NCBI RefSeq assembly: GCF_024917715.1
Contig: NZ_CP103479.1
Strand: one strand, 5' to 3'
Source: Escherichia coli
GTDB taxonomy: Bacteria > Pseudomonadota > Gammaproteobacteria > Enterobacterales > Enterobacteriaceae
DNA length: 32,000 nucleotides
The position numbers and the translations under genes are program-made. Below are positions 14,355-21,955 of this stretch, piece by piece (position 1 is the first letter of the stretch; each line of letters starts with the position of its first letter). The notes under the pieces are model-generated. The model was not told where the DNA came from. It ran no database searches and saw only the letters and a list, made by a program, of their open reading frames with translations.

Positions 14355-14373
14355 GGTGCGACTTGAATCTGAA

Positions 14374-14463
14374 TTACTTCAGGTATTTCAGAACAGCATC
14401 AAGCAGTTGCAGTGCTGCAACAATGAGTTTGAGGATAAGAATGGCGATATCCACCAGGCTCAT
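14374..14463 (-). CDS. tisB: TisB, SOS-induced small membrane toxin (29 aa)
   Basis: Reverse complement reads ATG AGC CTG GTG GAT ATC GCC ... = MSLVDIAILILKLIVAALQLLDAVLKYLK*. Confidence 0.93.
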   Translation of the reverse strand: MSLVDIAILILKLIVAALQLLDAVLKYLK

Positions 14464-14699
14464 ACGCGTCTCCTGTGGTTCAGGAGCACTGCCAGCTGAC
14501 GTACCTTTCCGCTGCCTGTTGCCAGCTGTTGTGCACGCGGTATCTCAAGGAGAAACGTTGTGCTCGTTGACATAACACAGTGTGCTCACGCGGGGTTAAG
14601 GCGCTGACGGCACCACCCGTTTCAGCCAGGACTTAGTGCGCCGGGTAACGATGCGGCCCCCGCATAACACATTGCGTACAGTGATATTATAGAAGTTTA

Positions 14700-14715
14700 C
14701 TGTATAAATAAACAG
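14700..14715. promoter_or_regulatory. LexA-binding SOS box for tisB (and istR-2)
   Basis: CTGTATAAATAAACAG fits CTG-N10-CAG with an AT-rich core, between tisB and istR-1. Confidence 0.88.
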
Positions 14716-14823
14716 TAATGTTTGGACAAAACGCAAACTGTGATCGATACTCAACTATGCACTAATTACGTCAAAATTCGTGCCGAAATTGCGCGTTCTG
14801 CGCGGAACACGTATACTTTCTGT

Positions 14824-14899
14824 GTTGACATAATACAGTGTGCTTTGCGGTTACCAGCCGCGGGCGGCTGACGAAACCTCGCTCCGGCGGGGTTTTTTG
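14824..14899 (+). ncRNA. istR: IstR-1 antisense sRNA (antitoxin RNA of tisB)
   Basis: GTTGACATAATACAGTGTGCTTTGCGGTTACCAGCCGCGGGCGGCTGACGAAACCTCGCTCCGGCGGGGTTTTTTG, ending in a terminator; its 5' segment recurs near-identically at about 14567-14592 on the + strand, opposite the tisB mRNA. Confidence 0.88.
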
Positions 14900-14906
14900 T
14901 TGTGCA

Positions 14907-15611
14907 CAGAAAACCCCCAGCTAGGCTGGGGGTTCCGGAAAGCTTTCAGCTTTAAGCCAGTTATTAAAACCCCTTTTGATTTGTTAAAACACCTTGCGGT
15001 CTGGCAACTGCAAGTGTCAAACAAGAAATCAAAAGGGGGTCCCAATGGGGAACGAAAAGAGCTTAGCGCACACCCGATGGAACTGTAAATATCACATAGT
15101 TTTTGCGCCAAAATACCGAAGACAGGTGTTCTACAGAGAGAAGCGTAGAGCAATAGGCAGTATTTTGAGAAAGCTGTGTGAGTGGAAAAGTGTACGGATT
15201 CTGGAAGCTGAATGCTGTGCAGATCATATCCATATGCTTGTGGAGATCCCGCCCAAAATGAGCGTATCCGGCTTTATGGGATATCTGAAAGGGAAAAGCA
15301 GTCTGATGCTTTACGAGCAGTTTGGTGATTTGAAATTCAAATACAGGAACAGGGAGTTCTGGTGCAGAGGGTACTACGTCGATACGGTGGGTAAGAACAC
15401 GGCGAAGATACAGGATTACATAAAGCACCAGCTTGAAGAGGATAAAATGGGAGAGCAGTTATCGATTCCCTATCCGGGCAGCCCGTTTACGGGCCGTAAG
15501 TAACGAAGTTGGATGCAAATGTCAGATCGTGTGCGCCTGTTAGGGCGCGGCTGGTAAGAGAGCCTTATAGGCGCATTTGAAAAACCTCCGGCTATGCCGG
15601 AGGATATTTAT
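14907..15611 (+). mobile_element. IS200-type insertion sequence (IS200/IS605 family), apparently complete
   Basis: tnpA flanked by a left-end hairpin CCCCCAGCTAGGCTGGGGG and a right-end hairpin CCTCCGGCTATGCCGGAGG; no terminal inverted repeats; about 0.7 kb. Exact ends are approximate. Confidence 0.88.
15045..15503 (+). CDS. tnpA: IS200 Y1 (HUH) transposase TnpA, 152 aa
   Basis: MGNEKSLAHTRWNCKYHIVFAPKYRRQVFY...CCADHIHMLVEIPPK (HUH = HIH) ...YVDTVGKNTAKIQDYIKHQ (catalytic Tyr region). Confidence 0.95.
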   Translation: MGNEKSLAHTRWNCKYHIVFAPKYRRQVFYREKRRAIGSILRKLCEWKSVRILEAECCADHIHMLVEIPPKMSVSGFMGYLKGKSSLMLYEQFGDLKFKYRNREFWCRGYYVDTVGKNTAKIQDYIKHQLEEDKMGEQLSIPYPGSPFTGRK

Positions 15612-15738
15612 TACCTGCAGTACAGTACAAAACGTGATCAACCCCTCAATTTTCCCTTGCTGAAAAATTTTCCATTGTCTCCCCTGTAAAGCTGTGCTTG
15701 TATAAATATTGTTAAACACAAAACCAACAAGGTCCCCA

Positions 15739-15837
15739 ATGACTACTTCCATGCTCAACGCAAAACTACTACCAACTGCGCCATCCGCCGCAGTGGTCGT
15801 CGTGCGTGTGGTGGTGGTCGTCGGCAATGCGCCGTAG
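15739..15837 (+). CDS. ivbL: IvbL, ilvBN operon leader peptide
   Basis: MTTSMLNAKLLPTAPSAAVVVVRVVVVVGNAP*, with Val codon runs. Confidence 0.97.
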   Translation: MTTSMLNAKLLPTAPSAAVVVVRVVVVVGNAP

Positions 15838-15862
15838 GGACTGGAACAACACACGATTCCAA

Positions 15863-15895
15863 AACCCCGCCGGCGCAAACCGGGCGGGGTTTTTC
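15863..15895 (+). terminator. ilvBN attenuator (intrinsic terminator)
   Basis: AACCCCGCCGGCGCAAACCGGGCGGGGTTTTTC directly downstream of ivbL. Confidence 0.9.
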
Positions 15896-15942
15896 GTTTA
15901 AGCACCTCCCGGAAAGTCGGCCCAGAAGAAAAGGACTGGAGC

Positions 15943-17631
15943 ATGGCAAGTTCGGGCACAACATCGACGCGTAAGCGCTTTACCGGCGCAGAATTTATCG
16001 TTCATTTCCTGGAACAGCAGGGCATTAAGATTGTGACGGGCATTCCGGGCGGTTCTATCCTGCCTGTTTACGATGCCTTAAGCCAAAGCACGCAAATCCG
16101 CCATATTCTGGCTCGCCATGAACAGGGCGCGGGGTTTATCGCTCAGGGAATGGCGCGCACCGACGGTAAACCGGCGGTCTGTATGGCCTGTAGCGGACCG
16201 GGGGCGACTAACCTGGTGACCGCCATTGCCGATGCGCGGCTGGACTCCATCCCGCTGATTTGCATCACTGGTCAGGTTCCCGCCTCAATGATCGGCACTG
16301 ACGCCTTCCAGGAAGTCGACACCTACGGCATCTCTATCCCCATCACCAAACACAACTATCTGGTCAGACATATCGAAGAACTCCCGCAGGTCATGAGCGA
16401 TGCCTTCCGTATTGCGCAATCAGGCCGCCCTGGCCCGGTGTGGATAGACATTCCTAAGGATGTGCAAACGGCCGTTTTTGAGATTGAAGCACAGCCCGCG
16501 GTGGCAGAAAAAGCCGTCGCGCCCGCCTTTAGCGAAGAAAGCATTCGTGACGCAGCGGCAATGATTAATGCTGCCAAACGCCCGGTGCTTTATCTGGGCG
16601 GTGGTGTGATCAATGCGCCTGCGCGAGTGCGTGAACTGGCGGAGAAAGCGCAACTGCCTACCACCATGACTTTAATGGCGCTGGGCATGTTGCCAAAAGC
16701 GCATCCGCTGTCGCTGGGTATGTTGGGGATGCACGGTGTGCGCAGCACCAACTATATTTTGCAGGAGGCGGATCTGCTGATTGTTCTCGGCGCGCGTTTT
16801 GATGACCGGGCGATTGGCAAAACCGAGCAGTTCTGCCCGAATGCCAAAATTATTCATGTCGATATCGACCGCGCAGAGCTGGGTAAAATCAAGCAGCCGC
16901 ACGTAGCGATTCAGGCGGATGTTGATGACGTGCTGGCGCAGCTGATCCCGCAGGTGGAAGCGCAACCGCGTGCAGAGTGGCACCAGTTGGTGGCGGATTT
17001 GCAGCGCGAATTCCCGTGTCCAATCCCGAAAGCGTGCGATCCGTTAAGCCATTACGGCCTGATCAACGCCGTTGCCGCCTGTGTCGATGACAATGCGATT
17101 ATCACCACCGATGTGGGTCAGCATCAGATGTGGACGGCGCAGGCTTATCCGCTCAATCGCCCACGCCAGTGGCTGACCTCCGGCGGGCTGGGCACGATGG
17201 GCTTTGGTCTGCCTGCGGCGATTGGCGCGGCGCTGGCGAACCCGGATCGCAAAGTGTTGTGCTTCTCCGGCGACGGCAGCCTGATGATGAATATTCAGGA
17301 GATGGCGACCGCCAGTGAAAATCAGCTGGATGTCAAAATCATTCTGATGAACAACGAAGCGCTGGGGCTGGTACATCAGCAACAGAGTCTGTTCTACAAG
17401 CAGGGCGTTTTTGCCGCTACCTATCCGGGAAAAATCAACTTTATGCAGATTGCCGCCGGATTCGGCCTCGAAACCTGTGATTTGAATAACGAAGCCGATC
17501 CGCAGGCTGCATTGCAGGAAATCATCAATCGCCCTGGTCCGGCGCTGATCCATGTGCGCATTGATGCCGAAGAAAAAGTGTACCCGATGGTGCCGCCAGG
17601 TGCGGCGAATACTGAAATGGTGGGGGAATAA
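15943..17631 (+). CDS. ilvB: Acetohydroxyacid synthase I large subunit
   Basis: 562 aa MASSGTTSTRKRFTGAEFIVHFLEQQGIKIVTGIPGGSILPVYDAL...; ThDP motif GDGSLMMNIQEMATASENQLDVKIILMNN. Confidence 0.98.
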   Translation: MASSGTTSTRKRFTGAEFIVHFLEQQGIKIVTGIPGGSILPVYDALSQSTQIRHILARHEQGAGFIAQGMARTDGKPAVCMACSGPGATNLVTAIADARLDSIPLICITGQVPASMIGTDAFQEVDTYGISIPITKHNYLVRHIEELPQVMSDAFRIAQSGRPGPVWIDIPKDVQTAVFEIEAQPAVAEKAVAPAFSEESIRDAAAMINAAKRPVLYLGGGVINAPARVRELAEKAQLPTTMTLMALGMLPKAHPLSLGMLGMHGVRSTNYILQEADLLIVLGARFDDRAIGKTEQFCPNAKIIHVDIDRAELGKIKQPHVAIQADVDDVLAQLIPQVEAQPRAEWHQLVADLQREFPCPIPKACDPLSHYGLINAVAACVDDNAIITTDVGQHQMWTAQAYPLNRPRQWLTSGGLGTMGFGLPAAIGAALANPDRKVLCFSGDGSLMMNIQEMATASENQLDVKIILMNNEALGLVHQQQSLFYKQGVFAATYPGKINFMQIAAGFGLETCDLNNEADPQAALQEIINRPGPALIHVRIDAEEKVYPMVPPGAANTEMVGE

Positions 17632-17634
17632 GCC

Positions 17635-17925
17635 ATGCAAAACACAACTCATGACAACGTAATTCTGGAGCTCACCGTTCGCAACCATCCGGGCGTAATG
17701 ACCCACGTTTGTGGCCTTTTTGCCCGTCGCGCTTTTAACGTCGAAGGCATTCTCTGCCTGCCGATTCAGGACAGCGACAAAAGCCATATCTGGCTACTGG
17801 TCAATGACGACCAGCGTCTGGAGCAGATGATAAGCCAAATCGATAAGCTGGAAGATGTGGTGAAAGTGCAGCGTAATCAGTCCGATCCGACAATGTTTAA
17901 CAAGATTGCGGTGTTTTTTCAGTAA
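17635..17925 (+). CDS. ilvN: Acetohydroxyacid synthase I small (regulatory) subunit
   Basis: 96 aa [43 protein letters not shown]..., ACT domain. Confidence 0.98.
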
Positions 17926-17998
17926 GGAGCGACATTAAACCGCTCGGGGGGTTTACTGATGAGCGATTTTTGATAGATCCGTTCAGATATATAGGGTG

Positions 17999-18031
17999 AA
18001 ATTGTGCCAGAGACCATCTCAGGCACAATTT
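17999..18031. repeat. 33-nt hairpin-forming palindrome, possible ilvBN terminator or islet boundary
   Basis: AAATTGTGCC-A-GAGA-CCA-TCTC-A-GGCACAATTT: 10-bp outer stem, one A/A mismatch, 4-bp inner stem, 3-nt loop. Confidence 0.7.
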
Positions 18032-18189
18032 ATTAGCCCTGAACGTTAATTTAAGCCGCTGCACCAGTAATTTGGGGGTTGACAGTTAGGGCTAAAAATT
18101 TCCAGCGATGGTATTAAATTCTGATTGCTGTCTATACCAGTGGTCATGACCAGCATTCTATTAATTAATGGTTCATCGTGAGGTATATT

Positions 18190-19485
18190 ATGGCAAGCCC
18201 TATAAACAGCGGAACAATGATGTCAAATCCCTGCCCTTCCACCTTTTTGGATAAAAATAGAATTATTGCTGCTGAGCTTAATATCACAAATAACGAGAAA
18301 AAATATTCACCTGGCAGTAATTTCGCAAAATGGATGTTACAGGAAATAAAACGCTTAATAGCAAATATTATGTCCGGTTCTCGCAGTGTTAATACCGAAA
18401 TCCTTAACTATTTTCACCCTATGCCAGGCACTGAAAATAATGGCAATCGTACCTGGATGGCGGCAACTGGAGAGAACGAATATACCGTAATCGAACAAAC
18501 AGGTGGCAAATCCTTTAAAGTTATACAGTTTGATGCAGGTGAAAAAAATACAAAAAAAATAGTAAAAGAAACATCATATTCTGGAGTGGCTGTGGCGACT
18601 ATTATCAAATCGCTGTCTGAAAAAACTGCTGCGTTAGAAACACATTCTGCTGACACGGTTTTGAGGAAGAAATTAGTTAATAGTATTGTTATGATGAATA
18701 CGGATTGTAGTTACGAAATGCCTGCAGACATTGTGAGTAATACATATGATTTATTAAACCTGCGAATTCAAAAAGATGAGGGCCATTTACCTGTTCAGGA
18801 AAAAATTGATATTACTGAGGATTATTTACACTCTATGACTATGGATGCTCATAGATGTATAAAAGAACAAACTAAACCAAGTGGTGCTGCAAAAATAACT
18901 TGCTGTGGTGTTGAGTTAAGTAAAGATATTCTTAAAAAGTTTGCAAACAAAATTGAAAAAATTGAACAAGATCCAAAATATATTCAAAACACACTTGAAG
19001 AAATGGTTAAACAGCTTTGCTTTGATGTTAATGATTGTGCTGAGGTAAGAGAATTATTAAAACAATCAAACGGTAATATTACGGATGATAAGATTGATGA
19101 AATAATCGCTTGCTTAGCCAGTCCTCAGGGGATTACATGTTTTTATTATTCTTCCGCACAAGGCTATCAGACTCGCTTACAACATACATCTCAAGATGTT
19201 CGCGAGTTACTCTCAAAGAGTTTGGATGGTGCCACTTCATTAACATTGCATTTAAAAAAATCAGGAAATGCTTTTTTTGGGTCTGGAAAGTATCTTAATG
19301 AAATGGATTTTACTATAAATGGGTTTAGTCAGAAGATGTATTCGATGGCGGTTAATAATGTTGGAAATGAAGTTAAGCTTCAGTGTTCTCGTTATTTTAC
19401 TACCGGTAGGGTCGACGAACAAAACTCCAAAATCGATAAAGTCACTTTTACATTTTTCGGTGCCGCAACAACTGCTGATTTATGA
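18190..19485 (+). CDS. Uncharacterised 431-aa protein, paralogue of the downstream ORF; no function assigned
   Basis: Long ORF with GTGAGG SD before ATGGCAAGCCC; AT-rich; product MASPINSGTMMSNPCPSTFLDKNRIIAAELNITNNEKKYSPG...; no predicted signal peptide or TM segments by eye. Confidence 0.82.
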   Translation: MASPINSGTMMSNPCPSTFLDKNRIIAAELNITNNEKKYSPGSNFAKWMLQEIKRLIANIMSGSRSVNTEILNYFHPMPGTENNGNRTWMAATGENEYTVIEQTGGKSFKVIQFDAGEKNTKKIVKETSYSGVAVATIIKSLSEKTAALETHSADTVLRKKLVNSIVMMNTDCSYEMPADIVSNTYDLLNLRIQKDEGHLPVQEKIDITEDYLHSMTMDAHRCIKEQTKPSGAAKITCCGVELSKDILKKFANKIEKIEQDPKYIQNTLEEMVKQLCFDVNDCAEVRELLKQSNGNITDDKIDEIIACLASPQGITCFYYSSAQGYQTRLQHTSQDVRELLSKSLDGATSLTLHLKKSGNAFFGSGKYLNEMDFTINGFSQKMYSMAVNNVGNEVKLQCSRYFTTGRVDEQNSKIDKVTFTFFGAATTADL

Positions 19486-19763
19486 TTTTTGCCTGATAAA
19501 TCGCGTTTATCATTAAGGTGAACGCTTATTGTTAACCGTCTGTGTGTAAACAGTATTTTTGAAAAAAATGAGCGATTTTTGATAGTGAATAAGTGGTGTT
19601 AGTGATGCAATTGCATTGGGGAAATCGATAAAAATTAACGGCACTATAGTCTTATTATTGAAATAAATGAAATATAGCGGTTAGCATTGAGATATTTATC
19701 ATGCTAGCCATTGATACTTCTAACAATGTCAAAATATGCAAAGTGTCATATTGCGAGGTTACT

Positions 19764-21203
19764 ATGGTTAGTGTGACGAGTTATACATATCCAACGAAAA
19801 CAGAGAATGATAATAGCCAGTTTCAGAGTCAAACTCAGAGCCAGGGCCTGAGCCAGAGTCTAAGAGATAGTATCGAGGGTAATATTGAAGCATTTGATGC
19901 GATGGCACAAAGTGGCCTGCTCGATAATTGTAGAACATTACCTAAAGATGCCACTTTTCGTGAAGTTTTCCGAAGTTTATTATTATACATTTTAGATTCT
20001 TTACATATCTATCGGCATGATATCAGTGATAAATTGGTTTCTTATTTTCATGTTACGCCTGAATCAGCGAATGCGAATTATAAAACATGGATCGCTACCA
20101 CAGGGATGGATAGCTATATAAAAATTGAGCAGACCGGCAGTGATAAGTTTAAAGTCACTGATGTGTATCGTGAGTTAAAAGGCAACAGTTTGAAAAAACA
20201 GAGTAGAGACAGGGATTTTAGTGGTCGTAATGTGAAAGAGTTTATAGGGTTATTATCAGAGCACGATGTATTGGAAAAGTATCAACTCTCAAAAGTAACA
20301 GTTGCTGCAAATGCTCTTAAGCAAGAAATTGTTAATAATAACTCTGAAATTAAATGCAGCTTTGGAGTTACTGATGCTGAGCGCCAATTAAAAAAAGCGT
20401 TAATTGAACAAGCTCAATTAACTCCAGATAAATTAATTCCAGATGATTGTAGTTACAAATCAGACATAAAAAAACTAGATGTTCAGGAGGGAGAGTTTAG
20501 TGCACTTCTTGCTGATGCATCAAGACACGTTGGAGAGGGTAGCTCAATTATTTCATGTTGTGGAGTTAAAATAAATAGCACAATCCATGAATTTCTGAGG
20601 AGTAAAACCATGGCTTTGTCTGGCCATGGAGGTGTTAGAAAATATAAAGATTTCGAAAAGCTTTTTAGTGAAATTGTATTTACGCCAGATGAATGTAATA
20701 TTGTGAGAAACTCTCTACAGAAAGATGGTGTTGAGAAAAAAATCAGAGAAAATATTATTTCTTGCCTCTCCAGTATTTCAGGAATAGGTAACCTGTATTA
20801 TGCTTGTTCACAGGCATTTCCTGTCGCGCTTGATAGGGGGGATATTAATGCAATACAGGCAAACGATTCTGTTTCTGCCGGGCTTAATAATAACCCAGGG
20901 TTTTGTGCTTTGCTGGGAAAAACAAATTTTCTTGTTGCTGACTTTTCACTGCATACATTTACACAAACTCATTATATTGTAAAAGCCGAAATAAATGAAG
21001 CTGGTAACGATTTTAATATTGCTAATTTCATTTATCGAACATACGGTGAGGATTATATTCATAACGACTCAGTGGATGACTCTCTTAATGAGCGTTCCGC
21101 TGAAGATTATAGGTTTCTGGATGACTCTTTGTTACCTGAAAACGATTTCCGCAACAGGAGGAGAAATTTTTCAGGCAATATTGCAATTGCAACCTACAAA
21201 TAA
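19764..21203 (+). CDS. Uncharacterised 479-aa protein, divergent paralogue of the preceding ORF
   Basis: ORF opens at 19701, but the ATG at 19764 has GCGAGG SD with spacing like that of the upstream ORF; MVSVTSYTYPTKTENDNSQFQSQTQSQGLSQSLRDSIEG...; colinear similarity with ORF1. Confidence 0.8.
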   Translation: MVSVTSYTYPTKTENDNSQFQSQTQSQGLSQSLRDSIEGNIEAFDAMAQSGLLDNCRTLPKDATFREVFRSLLLYILDSLHIYRHDISDKLVSYFHVTPESANANYKTWIATTGMDSYIKIEQTGSDKFKVTDVYRELKGNSLKKQSRDRDFSGRNVKEFIGLLSEHDVLEKYQLSKVTVAANALKQEIVNNNSEIKCSFGVTDAERQLKKALIEQAQLTPDKLIPDDCSYKSDIKKLDVQEGEFSALLADASRHVGEGSSIISCCGVKINSTIHEFLRSKTMALSGHGGVRKYKDFEKLFSEIVFTPDECNIVRNSLQKDGVEKKIRENIISCLSSISGIGNLYYACSQAFPVALDRGDINAIQANDSVSAGLNNNPGFCALLGKTNFLVADFSLHTFTQTHYIVKAEINEAGNDFNIANFIYRTYGEDYIHNDSVDDSLNERSAEDYRFLDDSLLPENDFRNRRRNFSGNIAIATYK

Positions 21204-21229
21204 TTCGCTTTTTCTCAATAACACGCACC

Positions 21230-21256
21230 AAACGCTTACCTTTCAGGTAAGCGTTT
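21230..21256. terminator. Perfect palindrome, probable bidirectional terminator upstream of uhpA
   Basis: AAACGCTTACCTTTCAGGTAAGCGTTT. Confidence 0.75.
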
Positions 21257-21364
21257 TGACGATAAGCCCAACATCATTAGGCCAATACATACCCCATATC
21301 CAACTTGAACAACATCGCGCTTATCGTTAAGGTATGCGCGTTTTTTATCCGCCAGGACCCAATC

Positions 21365-21955
21365 ATGATCACCGTTGCCCTTATAGACGATCACCTCATC
21401 GTCCGCTCCGGCTTTGCGCAGTTGCTGGGGCTGGAATCTGATTTGCAAGTAGTTGCCGAGTTTGGTTCGGGGCACGAGGCGCTGGCGGGGCTGCCGGGGC
21501 GCGGTGTGCAGGTGTGTATTTGCGATATCTCCATGCCCGATATCTCCGGTCTGGAGCTGCTAAGCCAGCTGCCGAAAGGCATGGCGACAATTATGCTCTC
21601 CGTTCATGACAGTCCGGCACTGGTTGAGCAGGCGCTTAACGCGGGGGCGCGCGGCTTTCTCTCCAAACGCTGTAGCCCGGATGAACTCATTGCTGCGGTG
21701 CATACGGTTGCCACGGGCGGCTGTTATCTGACGCCGGATATTGCCATTAAACTGGCATCCGGTCGCCAGGACCCGCTAACCAAACGTGAACGCCAGGTGG
21801 CGGAAAAACTGGCGCAAGGAATGGCGGTGAAAGAGATTGCTGCCGAACTGGGCTTGTCACCGAAAACGGTACACGTCCATCGCGCCAACCTGATGGAAAA
21901 ACTGGGCGTCAGTAACGACGTTGAACTGGCGCGCCGCATGTTTGATGGCTGGTGA
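21365..21955 (+). CDS. uhpA: UhpA response regulator (LuxR-type)
   Basis: 196 aa [62 protein letters not shown]... Confidence 0.97.
   Translation: MITVALIDDHLIVRSGFAQLLGLESDLQVVAEFGSGHEALAGLPGRGVQVCICDISMPDISGLELLSQLPKGMATIMLSVHDSPALVEQALNAGARGFLSKRCSPDELIAAVHTVATGGCYLTPDIAIKLASGRQDPLTKRERQVAEKLAQGMAVKEIAAELGLSPKTVHVHRANLMEKLGVSNDVELARRMFDGW

Noticed and set aside
14851-15428. Minus-strand ORFs of 100 and 121 aa in the IS200 region
   Set aside because: Antisense to the IS and tnpA. IS200 is known for antisense RNA (art200) but these frames have no protein support.
15790-15830. GTGGTGGTCGTC-type simple repeat
   Set aside because: Not a microsatellite of interest; these are the regulatory Val codons of the IvbL leader peptide.
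15540-15964. 139-aa and 69-aa minus ORFs opposite ivbL
   Set aside because: Cover the leader and attenuator of ilvBN. The Arg/Thr-rich repetitive stretch is just the complement of the ivbL valine codon run.
16356-17787. Antisense ORFs including a 247-aa ORF (17044-17787, -)
   Set aside because: Overlap ilvB/ilvN completely on the opposite strand; composition artefacts of GC-rich coding DNA.
21305-21364. N-terminally extended start for uhpA ([20 protein letters not shown]...)
   Set aside because: The ATG at 21365 gives the known 196-aa UhpA beginning [10 protein letters not shown]; the extension is not needed.
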